Source of the DNA: Trypanosoma brucei
Lineage: Eukaryota
Reading direction: 5' to 3'
Assembly (NCBI GenBank): GCA_000002445.1
Contig: CH464491.1
Coordinates: 2,240,001 to 2,304,000, forward strand
Length of the DNA stretch: 64,000 nucleotides
The first letter of the stretch is position 1, and the number at the start of each line of letters is the position of its first letter. Made by a program: the position numbers and the translations under genes. The notes under the pieces were generated by a model. That model was given only the letters and a program-made list of their open reading frames with translations, was not told the origin of the DNA and did not search any database. Positions 53,767 through 63,031 of this stretch are shown here, piece after piece.

Positions 53767-55032
53767 ATGGTGTTCATCCTCTTGGCATGCAGTGATATAT
53801 GCGGGAAGAAGGTAAATGTAACGTTGCCCTTCGAGAGGCCTCCCGAGTCACTCGATGAGCTTTACCGCGTCGTGGAGCAGTTGTTTCGTGGGGAGGAAAC
53901 GGATATAAAACGTACGGTCGACGGTGGCGAATACCGGACGCGCCCCTCTGAACCCTTTACCTGCCGTCGCATCCAGCGCTTCGATGATGAAACGAGAACT
54001 TGGGTGGAAGTAACAAGTGAGAAGCAGTTGGCCCCGTATGATCAATTGTATGTCTTTCGAAAGAACGCGACGCGAGCTGATATTTCCACTGAGCGGGAGC
54101 TACCGGAACCTCGCAGCAGCATTCACTTCCCCCAGACGGATGGCAGACTCAATGGGTTATACACTTCCAATGCCAACCGACGTGCCAGCACGGCAACGGT
54201 GAGTCATTTGACAAGCTCGCCGCACACGCCCACGACACAACAACAAACGGCCTCTTCGTCCCGCCGCGGTGGGGAGAGCCGCAGGTATAGTCTCTCCCGA
54301 GAGAGGGAAAAGAGTCGCGTTACAAGCAGCAGCTGCGTTCCTGAATGTATTGGTGGAAATGGTTCTCCGCAGGGGTTTGATATTAATGCGCGTGCTGATA
54401 AAGTGGTGAGGAAGCACGTAGAGGCTGTTTACTCCATTGGAGACGCATGCAAGAAAGGTTATCTAACCGCACGAGAGTTTCAGGGCATTTTTCGGTCCTG
54501 CCATATAGACTTCCCCTTCGATGCTATTGATGATATATATCGGGTGTTCGCTGATGACCGCGACGGGGATCGGGCCATGACAATTCGGAACTTCTACGAG
54601 TTCGCGCATAGTTTCAACCAAACTGTTAATATTGCTTATGCGCGCTTCAGCAACGAAAGGAGACAGCAAGTTGTGGAGCAGGAACAGCGTGGGGCGGAGT
54701 CTGCGCTTGAAGAACTGCAAAAGCAGAAACGAATACTTGAAGAGCGGTTGGAGGAAATGCAGAAGCAAATAGTTAAGGAGCAGGAGAGGCGGGCGCGTTT
54801 GCAGAATGAAGCAGATGAATTACGTATGTCCAGGGATCCGTCTTTGCGGGAAGAAGAACAACGATTACTCGAGAAGGAAGTGAGTGTGTTCCAATACAGG
54901 AAGAAACTTCTGCAAGAAGAAGTGGATTATGAGAAACTGGTAGCAGAGCGTCGTCGCCGGTCGGCGGCTGTAATGGGTCACACTAAAATGCTTCCCCAAA
55001 CATTCAAATATGGGTACGACATTCATGACTGA
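53767..55032 (+). CDS. hypothetical protein with a ubiquitin-like/DCX-like N-terminal segment, a Ser/Thr-rich linker, an EF-hand-like region and a C-terminal coiled coil, 421 aa
   Basis: The start is ATG at 53767. 'KKVNVTLPFERPPESLDELYRVVEQLF...RRIQRFDDETRTWVEVTSEKQLAPYDQLYVFRK' has the beta-grasp-like pattern seen in doublecortin/ubiquitin-like domains. 'DAIDDIYRVFADDRDGDRAMTIRNFYEF' is EF-hand-like. The C-terminus is a coiled coil (LEELQKQKRILEERLEEMQKQIVKEQERRARL). Confidence 0.5.
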   Translation: MVFILLACSDICGKKVNVTLPFERPPESLDELYRVVEQLFRGEETDIKRTVDGGEYRTRPSEPFTCRRIQRFDDETRTWVEVTSEKQLAPYDQLYVFRKNATRADISTERELPEPRSSIHFPQTDGRLNGLYTSNANRRASTATVSHLTSSPHTPTTQQQTASSSRRGGESRRYSLSREREKSRVTSSSCVPECIGGNGSPQGFDINARADKVVRKHVEAVYSIGDACKKGYLTAREFQGIFRSCHIDFPFDAIDDIYRVFADDRDGDRAMTIRNFYEFAHSFNQTVNIAYARFSNERRQQVVEQEQRGAESALEELQKQKRILEERLEEMQKQIVKEQERRARLQNEADELRMSRDPSLREEEQRLLEKEVSVFQYRKKLLQEEVDYEKLVAERRRRSAAVMGHTKMLPQTFKYGYDIHD

Positions 55033-55523
55033 ATGAAATCAAGTTCCTAAAGTAGGAGCGCTACCGTTGATAGCGTCGTTTGTTGTAACCCGATCTGGGC
55101 GAAGCTGGGTGCGCCTCATTATCGATACGAGAGAAATATCGGGAAGGAAGGCTTTCTTTTTTTTTTGTTTTTTGCCTCTCCTCTGTTACTGTTGGGCAGC
55201 AGCCCGTACCCATTTATGCGGTTTTGCGTCTCGTATTTTGTTTCTTTCTTTTGAGTCTCCTTTGGCATCATCGAGACCGCCAGAGATGAGGGTTACATGC
55301 AGCGCTTAGACTTTATTATGTGCCAACTGATTGTGCATATCAATTTTGCTGTGGCGTGCCCATGCGGTATTTCGGCCTATTTACACTTATATAGAAAGGG
55401 TTCCTCTTTGCTTCGTTTTTGTTTGTTTGTTTTTTGGGGGGTGATAGTGGTGCCAGTGTTGGTTCCACTTTCCGTGAAAATTTTTTTGTTGATAGATCGA
55501 AGTCTACTCGCAATTTACAAAAG

Positions 55524-55550
55524 TATATATATATATATATATATATATAT
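55524..55550. repeat. (TA)13 microsatellite
   Basis: Seen directly. Confidence 0.9.
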
Positions 55551-56186
55551 CCATTTTTCTGACCCATAAATGCATTTATATGCTGTTCTTTCCGCCTCCT
55601 AAAATTTACCCTCGTGTAATTGTGCAACAACAGAATTCATGTGATGGTCTTAAACATCTTTCCCTTGCCTGGAACTCTGTTTTCGTCTTTTTTTTTCCTT
55701 GCGAGTATTGTCATATCGATATATGCCCACATCGGTGTGCACACTTCACAAAACGAGTGAGGGAGTGGTACTAAACTAACAACAATACTAACAAAAGGAA
55801 TAAATAGGAGTGCTAACAAGGGGGACGAGCCGCTTCTTGTGTGTGTGTGTGTTGTGGTTGTTTCGGAAGCTTCCGAAAGCAACAGTGGCATGCAGGTGTG
55901 TGGGCTCACTTGTGTTCGGCGTCCACCTCATTTTTTAAAAAAAACGAGGCAATTTTAGCGGTAAGGGGCTTCTGAAAATAAATAAACAATAATAGTAAAA
56001 GTACGTAGTTGTGCTTGAAAGTACATACCATAAGGTGTCCATATCCTTACTTTGGATAGTATTCGCTTCCATGATTGGTTCGCTGCGCACAGTGGCACGC
56101 ACAAACACACGCCTCGCAGAGTGTAATCCGGGCAGTGCACTAAAAATACACTCATTTGTTTATTCATTTGTTTCGGCCGTTGGCAC

Positions 56187-57647
56187 ATGATTCGCTTGAG
56201 CGAAGTTGTGCGCCGCGTGTTGCTTCACGCTTCAGGTGGACGTTCGTGTAGATCATTCAGAAATGGATGTGGTGTCGAGAACGACCACGAAAACGGCAAC
56301 GCGGACCTTTTATCGTTGCGCTCCACCCTGCCCAATCAAAATGACTTTTTCTTTTCACGTTCTTCAGCCTCAAACTGTTGTCGCCTTTGCGGGGAGGTGT
56401 CTCAAACAATTCTTTCACACACTGGTTCACAGGCACATGTTACGGTAGAGGCACTCATGTGGCTGTTGTTTCAGAGAGCGAGACAATATAAGGATGGAGC
56501 TGTTGGTGTTTCTCCAACTGCAGCACGAAATTTTTTTGTTGAGGAGGCCAGAAGGTGGGAGGGAATACTGCAGTGTTCCTTAGTTAACCAGCGCTCGTCA
56601 TCACTTCATGCCATTACTGAGGATGGGTCACCTTGTCTTGAAGAATCTGCCGTGTATCATGGGGATCCCGCAACACTTTGGAAAGAGGTTGCTGAAAAAA
56701 GTGCGTTACGGCTGCAGAGTCAAATCCGCGTCTTGGGTAAACTTGGTGTGCTGAACGTTGTAGATTCCCTCTTTACAACGGCAAGCTCTGGTGGCTTGCA
56801 GCGTGACGCTGCTTTTCAGCGGATGGAGTGCATTGGTGATCACAATTGGGGGCATTCTGTTTGTCGTCGTATCGTGCTTCTTTTTCCAGAGGTTAACTGG
56901 CGGGCAAATTCAAATGTTTTGGTGATGGATGCATTACGGACGGTTCTTGAGTGTAATCAGCACCTGGTTCATGTTTTCACCTTGCTGCAGCTTAGCGACA
57001 AGCTAGGAGGCAGAGATGTGAAGGAAAAATCAGTGAAATTTAAAGCTGATATTGTTGAGGCGATTATTGGTGAATTGCACGTGGCATTATGGTCTTTGCA
57101 GTCTAGCACTAACGACGGTTTCACATCTATACCCTCAATTCACGGGGCTCCTTATACCATTCCTTTAGTTTCTATGGTGGAAGAGTGTTTAGATGGCATC
57201 GTGGGTCTTGTTATTCTTGCATTGATGGCGCGGTATGCCGCGTCCCTCGTGCCTGCCGTTGTGGATCTTGTCCGACGTGAGAAGTATCTGCTGGATGTGT
57301 CGTGCCCCTTTTATACGTTACGTAAGCGGCGGGAACGGTTCCGACAGGACGAACACGCCATGCGATGGTTATTGCCCCCGCACCCACCACTGCAGCAGCA
57401 GAGGCAGGAGTTGTTGAAGGGACCGCGGAGTTCTGTTGACACGTGCGTGAACGAGTGGAACCTTTCGAATACCAATCCTGTTGGTGATGTACTAGCCAAT
57501 GCCTCAGGTGGAGAAAATATGGCTCTAACAAATGCAATGGAGAAGCGGACCCCGACTGGGGTGGTTTGTTGGACGAAAAAGATTTTTTTCTCTGAAATGG
57601 CAGATTTCTATGGTTTGCTTCGCCTTCCGGGTGGGCAGCCGCCCTGA
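56187..57647 (+). CDS. RNase III-domain protein with a mitochondrial-presequence-like N-terminus, 486 aa
   Basis: The start is ATG at 56187. The N-terminus 'MIRLSEVVRRVLLHASGGRSCRSF' is Arg-rich and amphipathic. The RNase III signature is 'FQRMECIGDHNWGHSV' (ExxExxGD), with downstream 'FKADIVEAIIGELHVAL' (cf. 'KxxADxxEAxxGAxxLD'). Confidence 0.7.
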   Translation: MIRLSEVVRRVLLHASGGRSCRSFRNGCGVENDHENGNADLLSLRSTLPNQNDFFFSRSSASNCCRLCGEVSQTILSHTGSQAHVTVEALMWLLFQRARQYKDGAVGVSPTAARNFFVEEARRWEGILQCSLVNQRSSSLHAITEDGSPCLEESAVYHGDPATLWKEVAEKSALRLQSQIRVLGKLGVLNVVDSLFTTASSGGLQRDAAFQRMECIGDHNWGHSVCRRIVLLFPEVNWRANSNVLVMDALRTVLECNQHLVHVFTLLQLSDKLGGRDVKEKSVKFKADIVEAIIGELHVALWSLQSSTNDGFTSIPSIHGAPYTIPLVSMVEECLDGIVGLVILALMARYAASLVPAVVDLVRREKYLLDVSCPFYTLRKRRERFRQDEHAMRWLLPPHPPLQQQRQELLKGPRSSVDTCVNEWNLSNTNPVGDVLANASGGENMALTNAMEKRTPTGVVCWTKKIFFSEMADFYGLLRLPGGQPP

Positions 57648-58013
57648 AGTGTACATTGTGTTGTTGTTTTTTCTTCTTTTCCGAGCGAGGGAACAAAATA
57701 TTATGGGGGAAGATCTGTCTAAAGGTAGAGAGGTCGGCGGGGCTGGTGTGCTAACTGAAAATTTTTTCTTTATTTTTCGCTTTCTCTTGTTGGCTTTCTT
57801 CCTCATTTATACGTATTTGCGAGGCCGTCAGGGATTAAAGTACGGGCGTCCTTTCACATCCCCAAAACAAAGGAGAGAGTGTACAAGGAGAATTCATCTG
57901 TGGGACCAAAGCTGAGCGCTCCCAACGACTGCGAAGTTGAACCGCAACAACGTGGAGGAAAGGAGTGAATCCAACCTGTGGTGAGGGAAAGCAGCACAAG
58001 AAGAAACAACACA

Positions 58014-60050
58014 ATGTCACAACTGCCGTTAATTCATACGCAACAAAAAAGTACGACACGCTACTGTCCATCGGGGGATGAAAACTCGGTTGCAGTGTTC
58101 CGCCCCAAGCTTCCTTTCTTGTCTGAGGTAAACTCATGCGCTTTAGTGGTTGCATCCTCTCGTTCGCAAGGCCGCAGTGTGTCACGATCGACTTCGGAGG
58201 GTGGTCAGTTAACTTCCGCGTCACGCCTTTCTTGGTTGTTGGAGCGACGCGCTACAGCACGACCTGCCACGGGGCGGTCATTGCAATGGGTAGAACTCAT
58301 GGAGAGACAGGGGCGCCAGCTCATAAAGGCCATAGCTTACTCAACTTCACCTGTTCGTTGTTATTTTATGGCCGGAGACGACGAGGGTTGCTTTCTGCCT
58401 TCATTGTGCGAACCGTGGCCTCCTACACTAACCACAGAAGATGAGCTCAATCAAATGATCAAAAGAGCTTCCGTCAAGGCTAAGGAGCACATTTTTGCTG
58501 ATCGTTGGTTTGGCGAGGGAAAGCAATGTGCTAAAGAACCCCTAGCAAATACAGACGCCTTCAAGAGCGTGGAGGAGAGTCAGATGGATATAATGAGGGA
58601 ATTCGTGGATTTGAGGAGTAGTGTGTGTAGTGAGTTCTTGAAACAAGTAGAGATACGGCGCTCTCTAATAGATCTGGTAAAAAAAGAGAAAGAAGCGAGG
58701 GTTGCCATGCTCGGTGAATTTATCTCATGCTGTCCTCCACATCCGTGTCGCTGCCTTTTATTGGACATGGAGGTTTTAGAGGAATCCGCCATCCCACTTG
58801 AGCCTGCAGTCGGTATTACCTGTCTGTACACTTCCATTGTGATTGGGGGACACGAAACCCTGGAGGAGACGTTGCTACAACAGCGGGAGGTGGAACTTCA
58901 AGTGCTTTATGATCAACACCGTTTTTTTATTGATGCTCAGAAGGTTCTCACCGACGTCCGGAATCGGGAGCACGAACGCTTTGAATCCATGATGGCCTAT
59001 TTTGCATTCGCCCTCAGGTTACTTCGGGAACGTGAGGCGCTCTCAGTGGAAACAACAACTCCACCCGGATGTGACGAAGGCCCACGTGAAACGAAAACAA
59101 GGGGCAAACGTTTTCATATGAACTATTACAAATACCTGCATGTACTTGGCACCATAGAGGTGGAGGAAGGGGCACGCGGGCGGATTTGTGCGGGAGAGTT
59201 CACAGAAATTCGTCATATCTTGTATCATTTTGAGAGAAAATGCCGCAGTAGTATTGTTTCGACTGAGGAACTGGAACGGCAGCGCTTGCTCCTCAATACC
59301 GAGATGCAGCAGCGGTTATCTATTCAGAATGCCGAAGAATTGGCACTCAATGAGACAGTATGTCCTCGTAGCTTCCAGGAACTAATCGAGACACTCATGA
59401 AGAAAGAACGTGAGGAGTGGCAGCGAGCCCTCGAAGAGGCGCGCATCACACGGTCCATTGAGTTGGTTTGTGAATACGAGGTGTATCGGCGGCGTGAAAT
59501 TGGTTTGTTTGAACAACAGCTGCGGGCGTGTGCTCGATTCTTATTTCTGAATACCACCGATGGTGCTGGTAGGATTACTGTAGAGCGATGGATGCGCGAA
59601 CATGAGGTTCTAGTAGTGCAGCGGGAGGAGGCCGCCTTGAGGAAACGTATCGTGGAGTCGGAGGATCAGGCGCTCACCACATGGATCACAGCGCATAGGT
59701 GGATGGTGGATCATGACCGCCACCTTCAGAGTATAGCAAAAGAGAAGGAGGATAGGCGCGCAGTGGACCGTGTCATTGCGGAGGAGTGTGCTGCACGTGG
59801 CGTCGTGGAGTCTCTTTGGGCAGGTGAGCATTACGTGCTCTTCGGGGAAGTGATTCGCGTTCCTGAGGGCATTTATAAGTTTCCAGAGGGTAGACAAAGT
59901 GGTGAGGGGAGAGAGAGCAGCTGCGGTGACGGGGAAAGCACCTCTCGTGGGTTAGACATTCGTCAAGTTGTTATCGCCAACCTCGGGGAATTTTTTAACG
60001 ATCGAGCACTCTTGGGCTTTTTCGATAGGCGCCCCGTTTCACCTATTTGA
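58014..60050 (+). CDS. hypothetical protein, 678 aa
   Basis: The track ORF starts at GTG 57978, and the first ATG is 58014 (MSQLPLIH). The ORF is long, co-directional and helical/charged in the C-terminal half. I recognise no motif. Confidence 0.5.
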   Translation: MSQLPLIHTQQKSTTRYCPSGDENSVAVFRPKLPFLSEVNSCALVVASSRSQGRSVSRSTSEGGQLTSASRLSWLLERRATARPATGRSLQWVELMERQGRQLIKAIAYSTSPVRCYFMAGDDEGCFLPSLCEPWPPTLTTEDELNQMIKRASVKAKEHIFADRWFGEGKQCAKEPLANTDAFKSVEESQMDIMREFVDLRSSVCSEFLKQVEIRRSLIDLVKKEKEARVAMLGEFISCCPPHPCRCLLLDMEVLEESAIPLEPAVGITCLYTSIVIGGHETLEETLLQQREVELQVLYDQHRFFIDAQKVLTDVRNREHERFESMMAYFAFALRLLREREALSVETTTPPGCDEGPRETKTRGKRFHMNYYKYLHVLGTIEVEEGARGRICAGEFTEIRHILYHFERKCRSSIVSTEELERQRLLLNTEMQQRLSIQNAEELALNETVCPRSFQELIETLMKKEREEWQRALEEARITRSIELVCEYEVYRRREIGLFEQQLRACARFLFLNTTDGAGRITVERWMREHEVLVVQREEAALRKRIVESEDQALTTWITAHRWMVDHDRHLQSIAKEKEDRRAVDRVIAEECAARGVVESLWAGEHYVLFGEVIRVPEGIYKFPEGRQSGEGRESSCGDGESTSRGLDIRQVVIANLGEFFNDRALLGFFDRRPVSPI

Positions 60051-60382
60051 TGTAACGGTGTAACCGCGCGGTGTTGCTGACTACGCCGTGACTCAATGGA
60101 TTGAAGGCGGTTGCAGCGGTTCTTTCGTTCACGTGCAATGCAACTGACGGCTAAGGGAGACTCTCACGCTATAAGTTCGGCAAGGAACTTGTGCCTCCTG
60201 TTTACGGTTGACTGTGGCGCTACGCGTGCGGTGTGGCAGCAGTGGATGCCCTCGTGGGATCAGCGCAGGGTCTGGCACAGACTTTATTTTTTGCTTAAGA
60301 TCCTTCTTTGTGTGCGCTTGAAGTGCCACCTCTTTGCTTCGGAACAAGACAGGGACACTAATAGCTTTGCTGACACACACAT

Positions 60383-60417
60383 ACCCCCCCCCCATATACA
60401 TATATATATATATATAT
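60383..60417. repeat. C11 homopolymer fused to an (AT)n microsatellite
   Basis: ccccccccccc atatacatatatatatatatatat seen directly. Confidence 0.85.
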
Positions 60418-61087
60418 GCGTGCCGGGGAGTGGGCGGTTTACATGTGAAGGGAAGGTGCACTTCCCTTCACAAGTACCTTGCAACGAACGTTAGTTGGTC
60501 TATATAAAGGAGAGCAGGATGTGGTTCATTCGTATTTTACTTCCTTTCGAAGCTGCCTGGATGCTGCTTGTTTGGTGCCGCGCGGGCCGTGAGGCATGTA
60601 TCGCAGGGGCGACCTCGCCAGTTCCAGCGTGACTTTGTTTTTTGTAGGTGATTGTTCACTTTTACGTAATGTATATTCTCTTTGTTTCTTGTTGTTTTTT
60701 TTACTCCTTCGCTCTAGTAATAGGGAGGAGCTGGTGAAACAACTTAACAAACATGTTGTACAAACCGAACTGCGTGACCAAGCCTGACATGTTAACCCCA
60801 GCTCCATCTCCCAAATAAACTCTCGAATGTGTGACGCTGGCGTACCACTTTATGACTTTTCTTCCTCCGTATCTCTTCTATTTATATTTTTTGGTTTGAT
60901 TTTGATGTGCGATCGTTCGGTAAACAGGCGGAAGGCAAGTGGATTACGAGCCGAGCGCTTGTCAACTGCTTATTTCCCCTATCCCCACATTTATTAGTTA
61001 GTCTCAGTTTATTTGTTTGCGTGGTAAAGTACACGGGGCACCAGTAGGAGGGGGGAGAGTTGTGAAGCAGCAGGCGAGAAGTGGGAT

Positions 61088-61486
61088 ATGGCTGGCATAA
61101 ACACGGTTGTATCAGCTACACCATCCCTTTACGCCGTGTTGGGCGTTGCCCCCACTGTTAGCCAAGCGGAGTTGACGCGTCAATTTAAGCGGCTCTCCCT
61201 TCAGCTGCACCCCGATCGCGCGGCTTACCGCACTGGAGAAAATGAAACTGAGGTGCAGCGGCAGTACCAGAGTATTGTGGAAGCTTATGAGGTGTTGTCC
61301 AATCCGGACCACCGCAGGTCGTACGACACGAAATGTGGCGTGAACTTTTCTGCAAGGGTGGCTGCTCTTCGCCAAACGCTGGCACAGAATGAAGTTATGC
61401 CTGTGGTCAACTGTCCCACGGAACCCACCTCTGCAGAAACTGTACAAGTTACTGAAGATGAAGATGACGAAGAATACACACCCTAA
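61088..61486 (+). CDS. J-domain (DnaJ-like) protein, 132 aa, J-domain only
   Basis: The start is ATG at 61088. The J-domain 'LYAVLGVAPTVSQAELTRQFKRLSLQLHPDR...YQSIVEAYEVLSNPDHRRSYD' carries the diagnostic HPD tripeptide. The C-terminal tail is acidic. Confidence 0.7.
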   Translation: MAGINTVVSATPSLYAVLGVAPTVSQAELTRQFKRLSLQLHPDRAAYRTGENETEVQRQYQSIVEAYEVLSNPDHRRSYDTKCGVNFSARVAALRQTLAQNEVMPVVNCPTEPTSAETVQVTEDEDDEEYTP

Positions 61487-61557
61487 CCGGGGTGGAACAT
61501 GCTTTTGTGTGTTTGAAGAAGCGGGCCGTCATCGAAAGGAGGTGCGTGGGTGTGTGT

Positions 61558-61571
61558 GGGGGGGGGGGGGG
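61558..61571 (+). repeat. G14 homopolymer tract (mRNA-sense strand) in the 3' flank of the J-domain gene
   Basis: gtgtgtg + 14 G + atggaccc seen directly. Confidence 0.85.
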
Positions 61572-62245
61572 ATGGACCCGTTGTCGAGGATAACATGACC
61601 GTTGTTTCCAAAGAGAGAGAGTGTGTGAAAGGGGATTGATAGAAGCCAATTCACAGCAGACGTAGCTTCAGTGTGCTATTGCTTTTATCTATGGGAAGCT
61701 GTTGGGCGGTCGTGAAGGACGTTGAATGGCGACTCTTTGGATTTGTCCCATGTTTTGCTTGCGTACATTGTCGGGAAAGCTGTGAAAGGGATTCTTGTAG
61801 GTTCAATGCTTCAGGAAACTCTCCCCGTGGAGGATTCGGTGGCGTCGCACAATTTTTCTACTGGTGAACTGAAAAGTATTTCATCCTGCCGTGGCACCAT
61901 CGGCTTCCATCAAACCACTGATATGCCGTGTGGACTGTAGTTTTCGCAACCACCGCAAGTTCAAATTGACTTTGCTGTCCATTTGTTCCCTTTTTCCTTA
62001 CTCATCTTCTGAGTTGCATGTTCTCCACTCGACTGTTACAATTTGATTCCGTATTTTCCCCCCCTTCACATTCAATACACATTTTGGAGTTAAACAACGA
62101 CCTTGTGCGCAGTGCTTTTAAAGTGAACTAAGCACAGTGACTCGATAGTGCACGGGGCACATAACCTGTGTAAGTAGTAGACGCGACACACACACATATA
62201 TATACATATATATATATTAAAATTTTCAACGAAGCATCCGCAACC

Positions 62246-63031
62246 ATGTTTTGTGGCTCTAGGATGTTCCTCTCGAGGGCGGCCACCGTCATGTCCTTTA
62301 CGCTCAGTGAGTATGTCGGATACCCCAAATCAGCACTATGGGCAACACTCACCCTCAATCGTGAGTCTGCACGCCACCCGTGGGAAATAGAAATGCACAA
62401 AAGTAAGGCGAAGATTTACCTTAATGCCCTTCCCAAAACTCTTCTTGAAGAATCGGTGTTGGCACGGGAGTTGCTATGCGATAATATCTCACGACCCGGT
62501 TTGCACACTGCACAGATCTTATCCGTGAACGGTGTGGCTGCAGACACCATTCACTTGGTGCGACGCGCGATGAATTCTTCCAATGTGCTTGAGCTACAGT
62601 TGCTGATTCGTTCCAGGGATCTCTCCAAGTCTCAGAAATTCATGAAGGGAAAAGTGAGGAAAGGGAGCAGGATTTTGGCAGAGGGTCACAAGGCAGGCGT
62701 TGAAACTGATGGTGCGACTGAAGAAAAAGTTGCAGGTGGTGCCCGAAGGGGAAGAGGGAGGCCGAGATCTGATTCGAGGGTAAGGATGGCTGAGCCACCG
62801 CTTGTTTCCCCACCCGTCTCTTCAGCAAATATCACAGGAGCGCCCTTATTGGCGCGGTGGCCTGCAGACGTCACGGATCAAAAGAGTCGAAGAGGAAAGA
62901 AACCATCAGACCTAACTAAAGTCAGTCCTCTCTTTTCACCTGCCGTTTCCCCCGGTGTCAGCATTGTGCCAGATAAAGAGGTCGCTCCACCGCCTGCTGA
63001 ATCAGATGAAGTGGAGCAGTATCACCTTTAA
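62246..63031 (+). CDS. hypothetical protein with an AT-hook-like 'RRGRGRPRS' motif, 261 aa
   Basis: The start is ATG at 62246. 'GARRGRGRPRSDS' matches the AT-hook core (R-G-R-P). The C-terminal half is Ser/Pro-rich. Confidence 0.45.
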   Translation: MFCGSRMFLSRAATVMSFTLSEYVGYPKSALWATLTLNRESARHPWEIEMHKSKAKIYLNALPKTLLEESVLARELLCDNISRPGLHTAQILSVNGVAADTIHLVRRAMNSSNVLELQLLIRSRDLSKSQKFMKGKVRKGSRILAEGHKAGVETDGATEEKVAGGARRGRGRPRSDSRVRMAEPPLVSPPVSSANITGAPLLARWPADVTDQKSRRGKKPSDLTKVSPLFSPAVSPGVSIVPDKEVAPPPAESDEVEQYHL

